Assembly: GCA_964447765.1 (NCBI GenBank)
Contig: CAYUTO010000001.1
Span: forward strand, 205,870 to 269,869
Reading direction: 5' to 3'
DNA length: 64,000 bases
DNA from: an uncultured Gammaproteobacteria bacterium
Lineage (GTDB): Bacteria > Patescibacteriota > Patescibacteriia > Magasanikbacterales > UBA922
Shown in pieces: positions 27,936 through 37,810 of the stretch. Within the stretch, counting starts at the first letter, position 1, and the number at the start of each line of letters is the position of its first letter. The notes beneath the pieces were generated by a model. The model ran no database searches. It worked only from the letters and a program-made list of their open reading frames with translations, and was not told where the DNA came from. A program made the translations under genes and the position numbers.

Positions 27936-30089
27936 TTAATTTGTAGATAAAAACAACCGAACGAGCCTAATCTCATCATACGAAAATGTATCACCCAATT
28001 TTTCCTTTACCGGAGACAATGCGCTCGTACCTGCTGCATGAAATGCTTCAGTGATTCGGAGAAATCGTTCGTCTGGAATGGGCTTGAGATATGTGATGTC
28101 CGGCGCCTCACCTGCGGCAAGCAACTGTTCGATATGACTGACGATCGTCCCCACCTTTACTCCTCGACTCCGCGCAATGTCTTCCAACGGAAGTTTGGTA
28201 TCGAGTAATAGTTTGGTTTCTTGATAGGTTGAGCCTGCTCTTCGTATGGTACGTTCCCCATCGGTCCGCACACGCCCTGGGATCGGAGTTTCACTGCGTC
28301 CATGTTCCGTAGCATAGGCGACTATTGCCGAGAGGAATGCAGGGCCGAATGTCGCGAGCTTCTGCGCACCCACACCAAAAATCTCCGCAAGTGACTCACT
28401 CGACTGCGGAATGTATGCAGCCATTTCCTGTAGACTCCGGTCACCAAATACCATGAAGGGCGGAATGCCGCGCTCGTCTGCAATCTGTGATCGAAGATTT
28501 CGGAGTATCTCAAATAGTGCTTCGTCGTACGCGAACGAATCGGTCTCGTCTGATTCGGTGGTTTTAGTCTCTGCCCGCACATCAGGAAGTTCGAGGGTGT
28601 CACGATTCTCGAGCCAGGTGCGTCCTGTTTCAGTCACCGTGATTGTCTGATACATATCTCCTGATTGTAGGAGGAGCCCCTTGTTCACGAGCTGGCGCGC
28701 GATATTCCGCAGGTCTTGTTTCATAAAATTCTTGCCCACAATTCCAAATACTGACAATGTTTCATGTCCACGTTCTCGGATCACGGCAGTGCGCGATCCT
28801 TTGAGAACGTCTGCGACATAGCCGATGCCAAAACGCTGACCTGTCCTGACTACGGCCGAGATAATTTTCTGCGCAATGACCGTCGCGTCAAACGTATTCC
28901 TCGTCGTGGTACAGATATCGCAATTGGCACAGGGCTCCCCTGTCACTGTTTCTCCAAAATATCTAAGTACATATGCCCGCCGACATTCGCCCCCTTCGCA
29001 GAGATCGATCATGATTTTGAGCTTGTCCCATGCGCGTGCTTGTTCCGTTGCATCAACTATTTGTTCGATAAAAAATCCATGTTTGCGGCGGTCTCCTGAG
29101 GAATAGAGAAGGACACACTCGCTTGGCAGGCCGTCTCGACCGGCGCGTCCGGTCTCCTGATAATATCCTTCCACTGTTTTTGGCATATCAGCGTGAATTA
29201 CCAGGCGGATATCTGGCTTATCGATTCCCATACCAAATGCGATGGTTGCGACAATTATGGTGATATGGTCGCGGATAAATTTCTCCTGTGTGTCCCTCCG
29301 TACGACTGGGTCAAGACCTGCATGATAGGGCGCTGCATTGAATCCCGCAGACACGAGATCTGCTGCAATCTCCTCTGTCCCTTTTCTCGAAAAACAATAG
29401 ATGATCGTTGGTTTATCTTGATGAGTCCGGAGCAGTTTGCAGATACGTTCGAATTTGTGTTGTTTCGGTATGATTGAATAATTGAGATTGGGACGATTGA
29501 AACTTGCGACAAATTGTTTTGCTTCCCCCAGATTCAGTTGATGTACAATGTCTCCCCGCACTTTCTCGGTCGCGGTTGCGGTGAGCGCAATGACTGGCAC
29601 ATTTGGAAATACATTTCGGAGCTGGCGCAGGTTGCGGTAGTCGGGACGGAAATCATGTCCCCATTCGGAAATACAATGTGCTTCGTCAATTGCAATTAAT
29701 TTTACGGGAATCGTTTGGAGGAATTTCCGAAATTCAGGCACCGCAAAACGCTCGGGTGCGATATAGATGAGTTTTGCTTCGTTGTTTTTTATTTTCTGAA
29801 ATGCGACTTCTCGCTCTGCTGAAGTGAGCGAACTATTGAGAGACACTGCCGTGATCCCATTTTCCGCAAGCCCGTCGATCTGATCTTTCATGAGCGCGAT
29901 CAGGGGAGAAATCACGAGGGTTATACCAACTTGTGCCACTGCCGGCAATTGATAGCAGAGTGACTTTCCTCCACCTGTCGGCATAAGCACCAAACAATCT
30001 TTGCCCCCGAGTACCGTTTCAATGATTTCCTGCTGGAGCGGACGGAATTCGTCGTAGCCAAAATGTTTTTTGAGGAGGGTGTGGATCAT
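27936..30089 (-). CDS. recQ: ATP-dependent DNA helicase RecQ
   Basis: The N-terminus FGYDEFRPLQQEIIETVLGGKDCLVLMPTGGGKSLCYQLPA is present. The motif DEAHCISEWGHDFR and the zinc-finger cysteines are present. An HRDC-like region is present. Length is 717 aa. Confidence 0.9.
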   Translation of the reverse strand: MIHTLLKKHFGYDEFRPLQQEIIETVLGGKDCLVLMPTGGGKSLCYQLPAVAQVGITLVISPLIALMKDQIDGLAENGITAVSLNSSLTSAEREVAFQKIKNNEAKLIYIAPERFAVPEFRKFLQTIPVKLIAIDEAHCISEWGHDFRPDYRNLRQLRNVFPNVPVIALTATATEKVRGDIVHQLNLGEAKQFVASFNRPNLNYSIIPKQHKFERICKLLRTHQDKPTIIYCFSRKGTEEIAADLVSAGFNAAPYHAGLDPVVRRDTQEKFIRDHITIIVATIAFGMGIDKPDIRLVIHADMPKTVEGYYQETGRAGRDGLPSECVLLYSSGDRRKHGFFIEQIVDATEQARAWDKLKIMIDLCEGGECRRAYVLRYFGETVTGEPCANCDICTTTRNTFDATVIAQKIISAVVRTGQRFGIGYVADVLKGSRTAVIRERGHETLSVFGIVGKNFMKQDLRNIARQLVNKGLLLQSGDMYQTITVTETGRTWLENRDTLELPDVRAETKTTESDETDSFAYDEALFEILRNLRSQIADERGIPPFMVFGDRSLQEMAAYIPQSSESLAEIFGVGAQKLATFGPAFLSAIVAYATEHGRSETPIPGRVRTDGERTIRRAGSTYQETKLLLDTKLPLEDIARSRGVKVGTIVSHIEQLLAAGEAPDITYLKPIPDERFLRITEAFHAAGTSALSPVKEKLGDTFSYDEIRLVRLFLSTN

Positions 30090-30157
30090 AACTATTATTC
30101 ACAAACAGAAAAGTCTACTCTATATCGAGTTTCAATGCGACATTAGTTTTTATAGGT

Positions 30158-30574
30158 TTATTCACTGGTCGTACCATCAAAATGTTCTTCGTCTACTTCT
30201 GCTTCTTCTTTGGTCACATGTACTACTCCATCTCGATGATTCGGTGGTGCATAGACGGTATAGAGTTTGAGCGCCGTGTCGCCGGTATTCACGATATTGT
30301 GTCTGGCACCTGCAGGAACAATGACGGCTATTCCCGCGCTCATATTCCGCTTCTCACCATCAAGAATCGCTTCGCCAACTCCCGCTTCGCAGCGGATAAA
30401 TTGGTCGAGCTGGTGTACTTCTTCACCGATGTCTTCACCTGGCTTCAAGCTCATAACTACAAGCTGGCAGCGGTGTGCTGTATAGAGGACCGTGCGAAAA
30501 TTAGTGTTCTCGAGTGAGAGTTTCTCAATATTGCCGATGTATCCATTCATAGGACGTAGGGTTAGAGCTGACAC
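30158..30574 (-). CDS. Cupin-2 domain protein
   Basis: The sequence GEDIGEEVHQLDQFIRCEAGVGEAILDGE...AGARHNIVNTG matches the two cupin motifs. Confidence 0.7.
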   Translation of the reverse strand: MSALTLRPMNGYIGNIEKLSLENTNFRTVLYTAHRCQLVVMSLKPGEDIGEEVHQLDQFIRCEAGVGEAILDGEKRNMSAGIAVIVPAGARHNIVNTGDTALKLYTVYAPPNHRDGVVHVTKEEAEVDEEHFDGTTSE

Positions 30575-30823
30575 TAAAAAGTATCATTTCCAGTATAGCA
30601 CACAAGGCAATCAACACAACGGTCTGGATTATAGATTTTCTTATTCACTACCAATCACCAAACAAAAACAACCCAATTATTTGAGTTGTTTTTGGTGGTA
30701 CCGTTTAACGCAACGGTAAAGCACCCTCCAGAATTTTACATCTTTAGTCCGATGACTAAGTAAAAAAACAAAATGTCAATATATCTAGCTAACAATGTAA
30801 TAAATAGAAACAATGTGCTAGTA

Positions 30824-30852
30824 TTGACATCAGGGGTCTTTTTCGCTAGAGT
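30824..30852 (+). promoter_or_regulatory. Sigma70 consensus-like promoter TTGACA-N17-TAGAGT
   Basis: TTGACA lies at 30824-30829. After a 17 nt spacer, TAGAGT lies at 30847-30852. Confidence 0.55.
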
Positions 30853-30938
30853 CGTGTACTTACCTGAAGTTTGGACAAGCATTCGCTTGGCCGCATGGTA
30901 AGGAACACTGAATCACTTCAGAGACAACGGAGGGCACT

Positions 30939-31196
30939 ATGCCTGCGAGTTATGACAGCAATCGAGTGAACGAGCTTGCTTACGAGATGCCCTGTTGGAG
31001 GCACCCGAAGATCAAGCTCACCACCAAGAGTCCGCAGTGCATCCGCTGCAAGTGGGAGGACGGCATCGTGATCCACTTCGTGCGGACCCCGAAGCTCGTC
31101 CAGATCTTCACCAGCCGACCGCTGGTCCAGATCCAGCTCGAGAGGCCGAAGCTCCTCGAGTTTCGTCCACCTCCAGGCGACGAGGCCGACAAGTGA
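30939..31196 (+). CDS. Small GC-rich hypothetical protein (85 aa; CxxH...CxxC) with its own promoter and terminator
   Basis: A GGAGGG ribosome-binding site lies 6 nt before the ATG. The local island is about 60% GC. Overlapping alternative-frame ORFs on both strands are typical of GC-rich DNA. The coding versus ncRNA status is unresolved. Confidence 0.35.
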   Translation: MPASYDSNRVNELAYEMPCWRHPKIKLTTKSPQCIRCKWEDGIVIHFVRTPKLVQIFTSRPLVQIQLERPKLLEFRPPPGDEADK

Positions 31197-31224
31197 CGTT
31201 GGGCCCCACACAGGCCCCACAATG

Positions 31225-31267
31225 ACCGAGATATCGCTCTTATGCATATCTCGGTCTCTTTCATTTT
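31225..31267 (+). terminator. Rho-independent terminator (ACCGAGATAT ... ATATCTCGGT followed by CTCTTTCATTTT)
   Basis: A perfect 10 bp stem with an 11 nt loop and a T-rich tail. Confidence 0.65.
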
Positions 31268-31313
31268 ATAGCCCTACACCTAGTAAAAAACTAGACTTAT
31301 CCCCATACATACC

Positions 31314-31342
31314 TTGCAATACATAGTACCTTATACTATAGT
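31314..31342 (+). promoter_or_regulatory. Promoter TTGCAA-N17-TATAGT for the padR-pspC operon; leader only about 8 nt
   Basis: TTGCAA lies at 31314-31319 and TATAGT at 31337-31342. The ATG is at 31351. Confidence 0.45.
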
Positions 31343-31350
31343 AGTCCTAT

Positions 31351-31695
31351 ATGGAACACTTTGATATCACCAAATTTATTGAGAATAATTCTGCCCAGAT
31401 GAGAAAAGGTAGTCTTGAGCTTGCGATCCTTTCTATTATTGGTAAAGGCTCGGTGTATGCAGGAGATATTATTGAAAAACTACAGGCTAATAATCTGATC
31501 GTCGTCGAAGGAACACTCTATCCCCTGCTCTCTCGTATGAAGCGTGGAGGACTCCTCGAGTATTCATGGGTAGAATCTCCCAGTGGTCCCCCACGGAAAT
31601 ATTATGGGCTTACCACTGAAGGACGATCAGTCTTGGAAAGACTGGCGAAAGAATGGAAGGATATGACCGGATCAATTACCAAACTTATTGAATAA
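31351..31695 (+). CDS. PadR family transcriptional regulator
   Basis: The sequence GSLELAILSIIGKGSVYAGDIIEKL...GTLYPLLSRMKRGGLLEYSW...PRKYYGLTTEG matches the PadR winged-helix signature. Confidence 0.85.
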   Translation: MEHFDITKFIENNSAQMRKGSLELAILSIIGKGSVYAGDIIEKLQANNLIVVEGTLYPLLSRMKRGGLLEYSWVESPSGPPRKYYGLTTEGRSVLERLAKEWKDMTGSITKLIE

Positions 31696-31778
31696 ACGAT
31701 GGCGGATTTTCTTCCTTCGACTTCGCTCAGGACAAGCTTTACTTTTGCCTTTTAACTTTTTACTTTTTACTTTGAAAT

Positions 31779-33530
31779 ATGAAGACTACTATCTCAATCA
31801 ATCTCGGCGGCATTGCATTCACGATCGATGATGACGCGTATCGTGAACTTAAAAAATATTTGGATGCACTCTCGAACCATTTCAACAAAGAAGAAGGTGG
31901 AGACGAGATACTTACAGACATTGAAGCTCGCATTGCCGAGGAATTTGCACGCAAACGCGAAAGCGGAATCCAGGTGATTTCTATTTCGATGGTTCAAGAA
32001 ATTATTTCTCGCATGGGACGTATCGAAGATCTTACAGGAGAAAAAACTACTGAGACAGACGGAGTAAAAATCGAAGACCCCTATTTTGCACGCACCGATA
32101 ATGAACGTGTGAAAGGTGCAAAAAAATTGTATCGCGATCCAGAAACTGCGATGCTTGCGGGAGTTTCGTCTGGACTTGCTGCATATTTTAATATTGACCC
32201 TTCAATTCCTCGTTTATTTTTTGTTCTTCTTACCATCTTTGGGGGTACCGGAATTCTTATCTATATTATTCTCTGGCTCGTACTCCCTGAAGCAGATACC
32301 CCATTGAAGCAATCAGAACTCAGAGGAGAATCACCAACTATCAAAGACATAGAAAAAAAGTTCAAAGGCATGTTTGAAACTGGCAAAAAAAAAATTTCTG
32401 AAATTGATACAGAAAAAGCAAAGGAATCAGTAAAGCACGGTGCCACCGTAGTCGCAAACACTCTCTCACATACCATTCGTACGATCGTTCAGATTATCGC
32501 CAGAATTATCGGGGTCATTATTGGCATTATTGGAACTCTATTTTCATTCGTAGGAATCATGGCACTTACTTTTTTTGCGCCATTTATCCTCGTCAATTCA
32601 CCTGAGCGTTTTATTGATATTCCAGTAACCACGATACTCACCACTTCAACGATTTATTTCTTGGTTATTGGCGCTTATTTCTGTCTCGTTATTCCGCTTC
32701 TCTTTATTCTGCTCATTTCAATTAATATCCTGCGAAAGAAAAATAGTATCACGCTTGCACGAGGATTTACACTCTTTGGATTATGGTGCGCCGCACTCAT
32801 TATGACGGGTATTTTTGCCTTCAAAGCTGTCACCTCGTACGACGACTATCTCATGCACAACCCTTCTACAAGCCAGATTATAAACAAAGAAATACCACTC
32901 GACCTTTCTTCTTCTCCTTCTGTTGAAGAAGTACTCATCTCTGATGGATTAACCGTAGAAATTGTGCAAGGAGACCGAATTTTTCTTCAAGTTGGAGGCA
33001 CCACTGAATCAGTAGAAGGCATATATGCTACGGTTGCCAATGGAGAATTAAGAATCGGAAAAACAAGTGTTCCTTGCGTCCTCTGCTTTCGAAAGACACC
33101 CCACATTGTACTCTCACTCCCTGCAGTTTCTTCGATACACGTAGACGAAGGTTCACAGATTATCAGCACTGAAATTATTACACTCGAACCTTTCACTGTC
33201 ACTGTCGGCAGCGGTTCATATGCAGAAATTGATATTACTGCACCAGAAGTAAACGCATTGGTGGAACAGGGATCATATCTTTCTCTCTACGGTGAAAGCG
33301 AAAATCTGAGCGTCAGAGCTAATAACGGAAGCAGTATCGAAGCATACGCCAACAGCTTCAATACGGTATTCGCAGAAGCACGATCTGGTTCACGAATTAG
33401 GGTACATCATCCACGAACCCTTGAGGCGCGCGCATACTCTGGATCTCAGATTATCTATTATGGGGATCCGGCGCTCACTGTCGAAGAATCAGGCGGCAGT
33501 TCGATTAGAAAAGGCGTTGAAGAACAATAA
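31779..33530 (+). CDS. PspC-domain membrane protein with a C-terminal DUF4097-like beta-helical (putative adhesin) domain
   Basis: The PspC motif YRDPETAMLAGVSSGLAAYFNIDPSIPRLFFVLL is present. Several transmembrane helices follow. The C-terminal repeat region SGSYAEIDITAPE...GSSIEAYANSF follows those. A PadR gene upstream followed by a PspC/DUF4097 gene is a common stress module. Confidence 0.8.
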   Translation: MKTTISINLGGIAFTIDDDAYRELKKYLDALSNHFNKEEGGDEILTDIEARIAEEFARKRESGIQVISISMVQEIISRMGRIEDLTGEKTTETDGVKIEDPYFARTDNERVKGAKKLYRDPETAMLAGVSSGLAAYFNIDPSIPRLFFVLLTIFGGTGILIYIILWLVLPEADTPLKQSELRGESPTIKDIEKKFKGMFETGKKKISEIDTEKAKESVKHGATVVANTLSHTIRTIVQIIARIIGVIIGIIGTLFSFVGIMALTFFAPFILVNSPERFIDIPVTTILTTSTIYFLVIGAYFCLVIPLLFILLISINILRKKNSITLARGFTLFGLWCAALIMTGIFAFKAVTSYDDYLMHNPSTSQIINKEIPLDLSSSPSVEEVLISDGLTVEIVQGDRIFLQVGGTTESVEGIYATVANGELRIGKTSVPCVLCFRKTPHIVLSLPAVSSIHVDEGSQIISTEIITLEPFTVTVGSGSYAEIDITAPEVNALVEQGSYLSLYGESENLSVRANNGSSIEAYANSFNTVFAEARSGSRIRVHHPRTLEARAYSGSQIIYYGDPALTVEESGGSSIRKGVEEQ

Positions 33531-33532
33531 TA

Positions 33533-33565
33533 AAAAAATGCTCGCCTTATGCGAGCATTTTTTAT
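33533..33565. terminator. Bidirectional hairpin terminator between convergent genes
   Basis: The sequence AAAAAATGCTCGC CTTAT GCGAGCATTTTTT forms a perfect 13 bp stem flanked by an A-run and a T-run. Confidence 0.75.
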
Positions 33566-34134
33566 TTTGATCGTTTCCAGGCAAACAAAGCTTCGAGCAT
33601 CTGACTTCCAATGATTGCGAGAATAAGTAATACACCGTATCCCACCAGTAATTCAGAAAAAGAATACGGAAGTGACCGAAGCGATCCGAGAATAAATGCA
33701 CTGTACCACGAGACCATAGAAATACTGCCCAAGACAAAGGCTAATCTTCGAAGATTCCGTCTTTTTGCGTCTCGTCCTAATTTCCAATCAATTCGCATAA
33801 GTTTCGGAGCCACCAGTGAATTCAGCGCAAACCCATTCAGTGAAACTACGGTCACGACTATTGCTTTCAATAAGAATTTTGATGACTGCGAATATTTTTC
33901 AATATCTGACAGGAATAATAAAATTCCACTGATCCAGAGTATTGCTAACCCTGCCCAAACAATTTGTGACAACGCACCGAGCACCACATGTTCTTTCTTG
34001 CTAATTTTGAAATCAGCCAAAAACCTAAAAAACATGATATCAGCAATCGTCGCTCCGCCCAACCCAAAAATAAATCCAATCATGTGGAATGCGGTAAATA
34101 CTGAACTATAATTGGCAAGCATTTCAGAAATCAT
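33562..34134 (-). CDS. Hypothetical integral membrane protein
   Basis: A 190 aa protein with about five transmembrane segments. No family was recognised. Confidence 0.5.
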   Translation of the reverse strand: MISEMLANYSSVFTAFHMIGFIFGLGGATIADIMFFRFLADFKISKKEHVVLGALSQIVWAGLAILWISGILLFLSDIEKYSQSSKFLLKAIVVTVVSLNGFALNSLVAPKLMRIDWKLGRDAKRRNLRRLAFVLGSISMVSWYSAFILGSLRSLPYSFSELLVGYGVLLILAIIGSQMLEALFAWKRSK

Positions 34135-34215
34135 GTGATATGAATTGGCATATAGTGTACCACAAAAACAAAAAAAAGTCCTCCAGATAGGAGGACTTTT
34201 TTGTATCGAATACGA

Positions 34216-35292
34216 TTATCTCATCATGAGATTACTTGGCAATGATCCACCTCCGAGCATTGCTCCAACAAAACTTGCCATAAATTCATTCATTGTTTTA
34301 GGTGCCACTGGCGCTTCTACTACTACTTTTTCATTGAAATTTCGAAGTTCGAGTTCTAGGGCGATAGTTCCACTTGTTGGTTTCGCTCCAGTCTTTGCAA
34401 GCGTTACACCAAATGAAGTTTTGTATAGATAATAATCTTTGGTACCTACCCAGATTTCTCCATTAGTCATTTCAGCTCGACCAAAAAACTCAGTCATCTT
34501 CTTCTCATCTTCAATCGATGGAGCTTTTCCATTCACTTCAGTGTTTACTGCGCGCACGACTCGCATCACTTCTGCTTCGTTCAAAGTCACTTTATAATGA
34601 CGAGCTGAAATTCCGCCGAGACTTACCTCGCCCAGATCTTCAGTCACCTGGAAATATGAACCGCCACTGATAATATCTCTTACGTTCTCAGCAGTCTCTT
34701 CGCTCATCGTACTTGAGGTCGCCGTTACAGCAGTCGTGGTTGTTTTTTTGGCATCAAGCTTTACCCACATATTGGTGAGTGACGTTAGATTGAGCTGCCC
34801 AAGCATGGGGATCGTATTGAATTTGAAATACTTATCTGCACCCATATTTTTGAATTCAATTTCAGCTGATCCATTATTGGTAAATTCAGGCGAAGTCAAT
34901 ACAAATTTTGTATCTGATTGCATTTTTTTCCAATCCCCAAATTCTGATGCACCACTAAATGCGAGTGAAAACGCTACTGGTTTATCCGCATCAGCTGCAC
35001 TTGCGCCAGGAAATGATGCGAGTGGATTCTCACCGCCTTCGATATTTGCAGTCAACGTACCTGCGAATTCCGCAGATTCTACCTCAGACATTGAACGTGC
35101 CATTCGATCGACGACACCTTCAGGCGTCGTAGGTGCTGAACCACTTCCTACTGATTTCACAATAAAATAACCAAAAAACAACACAACTACCACTAATATA
35201 ATCTTCCCTGCTGGTCCATTTTTTGGAACCGCTGCTGTAGCGTCTGCCATAGATGTAGATAAAAAATAAATAACGTAATTAATCATGCACAC
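34216..35292 (-). CDS. Hypothetical membrane-anchored or secreted protein
   Basis: An N-terminal transmembrane segment reads KIILVVVVLFFGYFIV. The body is Ala/Ser/Thr-rich. Confidence 0.5.
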   Translation of the reverse strand: MCMINYVIYFLSTSMADATAAVPKNGPAGKIILVVVVLFFGYFIVKSVGSGSAPTTPEGVVDRMARSMSEVESAEFAGTLTANIEGGENPLASFPGASAADADKPVAFSLAFSGASEFGDWKKMQSDTKFVLTSPEFTNNGSAEIEFKNMGADKYFKFNTIPMLGQLNLTSLTNMWVKLDAKKTTTTAVTATSSTMSEETAENVRDIISGGSYFQVTEDLGEVSLGGISARHYKVTLNEAEVMRVVRAVNTEVNGKAPSIEDEKKMTEFFGRAEMTNGEIWVGTKDYYLYKTSFGVTLAKTGAKPTSGTIALELELRNFNEKVVVEAPVAPKTMNEFMASFVGAMLGGGSLPSNLMMR

Positions 35293-35325
35293 GGCAATTG
35301 TCTAACTTTTCACGAATACTGTCAA

Positions 35326-35775
35326 CTACTTCTTTTTGCCCCACCCATTTTCGTAATTATCTATAAAGGCATCTACTGAAACTTTTGTGGTAACCTCGGC
35401 GATCACCTCGAGCGAGACATCTTCAAGCTTTTTGAATTGAAGACAGGATTTTCCCATACGCAATTTCTTTCCCGCCTTTTTCCACGCATCCTTGAACCAT
35501 TTCTCCAACTCTTTGTTTCCGTAGTTACACACGAGATATAATGACATATAGTTTTTCTGACTTGCAAGTGCCATATACATCAGAGGCTGTTTGTTGTACG
35601 TATTTGGATATCGTTTGAGAGGAATTTCATACGCAATCATTCCCCAGTTTATGGTTTCTACATATCCTTTCGGGAGATTTTTTTTGATAACTGTTCTCAC
35701 TTCAGTCAAAGCCTGCTTCCGATCTGGCGGCAAACTATTCAAATATTCGGTCACTGTTTTGGTGGTAGTTTTCAT
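35326..35775 (-). CDS. DUF1801 (YdhG-like) domain protein
   Basis: Motif layout is similar to the DUF1801 genes at 18296-18691 and 37811-38176. Confidence 0.6.
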   Translation of the reverse strand: MKTTTKTVTEYLNSLPPDRKQALTEVRTVIKKNLPKGYVETINWGMIAYEIPLKRYPNTYNKQPLMYMALASQKNYMSLYLVCNYGNKELEKWFKDAWKKAGKKLRMGKSCLQFKKLEDVSLEVIAEVTTKVSVDAFIDNYENGWGKKK

Positions 35776-35776
35776 A

Positions 35777-36307
35777 TTAATATAATTCTGGATTTTTAAA
35801 TGGAATCAGTGCGAGCACCGTCGCATGAACATAATATTCTGTTCGATCAATCACATCCCCGGTCAGAAGACCTGTAGCTCCATTCTTTTGCCCTGAGTTA
35901 TTTCTTCCAAATACCCGATCATCGGCAACAGCAAGTTCGATTCCCTGATTAATCAATTCGATAATTGGCTTGGGTAAGAAAAAAGAACCTGTTTTTCCTT
36001 TGCCCCACACATTATTCTTTGATTTTACGACCATCCAGGCAAACACCTCCATATCATCACCACGTTTTTCAATTCCACCTTCCATCCCTACCCAAAAATC
36101 TGCATCAGGATTTGCCGCATATGCATTCTTTGCACGATTGGTAGCTCCTGCAAGTGTCTCCTCATCTCCAAAAGGCTGATCTGGAACCTCCGACGGAGCA
36201 GGAATTCCCACCACTTCGAACTGTTCACTAGGAAACATGCGCTCAAACGCGAGTTTTGCTGAATTTATTTTTACTGGATTTTTTGAGGCGACTATCACTT
36301 TTTTCAT
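35777..36307 (-). CDS. Non-canonical purine NTP phosphatase (YjjX/ITPase-like, Maf/Ham1 superfamily)
   Basis: The sequence MKKVIVASKNPVKINSAKLAFERMF...EVPDQPFGDEETLAGATNRAKNA is present. The start was chosen at MKK (36307) to avoid overlapping the upstream gene. Confidence 0.65.
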   Translation of the reverse strand: MKKVIVASKNPVKINSAKLAFERMFPSEQFEVVGIPAPSEVPDQPFGDEETLAGATNRAKNAYAANPDADFWVGMEGGIEKRGDDMEVFAWMVVKSKNNVWGKGKTGSFFLPKPIIELINQGIELAVADDRVFGRNNSGQKNGATGLLTGDVIDRTEYYVHATVLALIPFKNPELY

Positions 36308-36308
36308 A

Positions 36309-36620
36309 TTACGCATCGAGTGTCTCATCAAGAATGATTCTCTGGACAAATCCTCCGCGCGCTTCTCGTTTTGCCAATCGCATCTCTTCCAATTTTTCTT
36401 TAGCGACACCTTTATATTCTCCAATTGCATATACTACCTCAAGAATATCTGCGAGTTCTTCTATGGTGCGGTCGGAATTAAACTCGACTACCTCTTCATC
36501 TAATTTTTCAATCAATTTTTCTTCATATTCCTTTTCTGTGGCAATATGAGTGACGACTTTTTCACCCTTTGATTCAATCAGCGCAGGGATATTGTCTCGA
36601 ACGAGTTTATTGTATTTCAT
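36309..36620 (-). CDS. MazG-like nucleotide pyrophosphohydrolase (small all-alpha NTP-PPase)
   Basis: The sequence MKYNKLVRDNIPALIESKG...EEKLIEKLDEEVVEF...EELADILEVVYAI is present. Confidence 0.65.
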   Translation of the reverse strand: MKYNKLVRDNIPALIESKGEKVVTHIATEKEYEEKLIEKLDEEVVEFNSDRTIEELADILEVVYAIGEYKGVAKEKLEEMRLAKREARGGFVQRIILDETLDA

Positions 36621-36713
36621 ATAAAAAAATAAAACCTGGTTTCATCATACCAGGGGCTTATACTAATTACAACTATATAAAACATGAAGCCGCCCTGTTT
36701 TACGAGTGGGCGG

Positions 36714-37241
36714 CTACTCGGCTGAAGGTTGTACGACGTAGAACTTGTGACGCATGATCTGAGCGGCTTGAACTCGATTAATCACCGTGAACTCAATTCC
36801 ATCGATCGTGTACGTTGTTTCTCTTCGTACATCGATCATATAGAGTTGGTTCCGTCCAATGATGTAGCGTGCACGCTCGACCACATACTCGAAGCCCGGG
36901 GTTTCAAACCAAGGCTCCTGTTTGCATTGGCTTCCGATCACCCCGACTTCTTCGACGAACTCCCAGAACGAATCGAACTCTGAGAGAACGACAAAGAATT
37001 CTCCTTGATCAATCTCCTCAGAGATCCGACGAAAGTGAGCGTGACCGAGATCACCCCACCCGAGTTTATGAGCTTTCCGGTTATACCAACCTGCATTGTG
37101 GATGATCTTTGGATAAACCATCTGTCCGCAGATAAGTCCGAAAAGTTCGCTCAGCGAGTGAAACTCGTCTCCGTACATCCCTCTGGTTAATTGACCCCCT
37201 CCATATACTTCTTCGAACGCTTCTTTTCCTAGACTAGTCAT
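36714..37241 (-). CDS. Hypothetical protein (GC-rich, 175 aa)
   Basis: A clean ORF. No family was recognised. GC content is above background. Confidence 0.45.
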   Translation of the reverse strand: MTSLGKEAFEEVYGGGQLTRGMYGDEFHSLSELFGLICGQMVYPKIIHNAGWYNRKAHKLGWGDLGHAHFRRISEEIDQGEFFVVLSEFDSFWEFVEEVGVIGSQCKQEPWFETPGFEYVVERARYIIGRNQLYMIDVRRETTYTIDGIEFTVINRVQAAQIMRHKFYVVQPSAE

Positions 37242-37345
37242 ATCCCCTCCCTTCGTTCTTCTGACCCGTAAAAACAGACTTATATTCTCACGGCTCCGAA
37301 GAAGAGCAGTAGACTATAAATCATTTACAGAGTATTGTCAATACT

Positions 37346-37374
37346 AAAAAGCCCCGCATAACGAGGCTTTTTTG
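37346..37374. terminator. Hairpin with a flanking A-run and T-run (AAAAAGCC ccgcataacga GGCTTTTTT)
   Basis: It lies downstream of the VOC gene stop on the minus strand. It could work in either direction. Confidence 0.5.
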
Positions 37375-37388
37375 AAAAATAGCACTAT

Positions 37389-37787
37389 CTATTTTGCATT
37401 CGTATCTGCCTGATGGATTCCAAACGTGTTCCCCTCAGTATCGAGGAAATATCCCTGCCATGCCATCCCAACGAGTGCAAATTTGGGCATTGCAACTTTT
37501 CCCCCAGCTGCTTCGATTTTTTGTGCAACCGCATCGTAATTATCTACATCAACCGTACAGACAAATGAATTCACACCGCATGCGACCTCTGGCAGTGCAT
37601 TAGGACGTTTCAACAGCCCACCATTGATCCCTGCATCAGCACTCTCTTTTGGTGCAGTAATAATAAACCAGTATTCCCATTCGAGTCCTGGATATTTTTC
37701 AATATTCCACCCAAATACATCTCGGTAAAATTGCGCTGCGCGTTCGGTATCGTCTGCTTGAATTTCAAAGTGTACGACTCGATTCAT
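37389..37787 (-). CDS. VOC family (glyoxalase/bleomycin-resistance fold) protein
   Basis: The sequence VVHFEIQADDTERAAQFYRDVFGW...GGLLKR......FVCTVDVDNYDAVAQKIEAAGGKV is present. Confidence 0.75.
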   Translation of the reverse strand: MNRVVHFEIQADDTERAAQFYRDVFGWNIEKYPGLEWEYWFIITAPKESADAGINGGLLKRPNALPEVACGVNSFVCTVDVDNYDAVAQKIEAAGGKVAMPKFALVGMAWQGYFLDTEGNTFGIHQADTNAK

Positions 37788-37810
37788 ATGATTAATGTAA
37801 GCATTATCGT

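Noticed and set aside
30918-31264. Minus-strand ORFs of 109 and 94 aa, and a plus-strand 76 aa ORF, inside the GC-rich island
   Set aside because: Long ORFs in several frames are expected in 60% GC DNA. Only the plus-strand frame at 30939 has a promoter, ribosome-binding site and terminator consistent with expression.
31314-31350. Possible PadR operator palindrome (TAGTACC...ACTATAG) in the padR promoter
   Set aside because: The inverted repeat is short and imperfect and overlaps the -10 element. It is suggestive of autoregulation but too weak to call.
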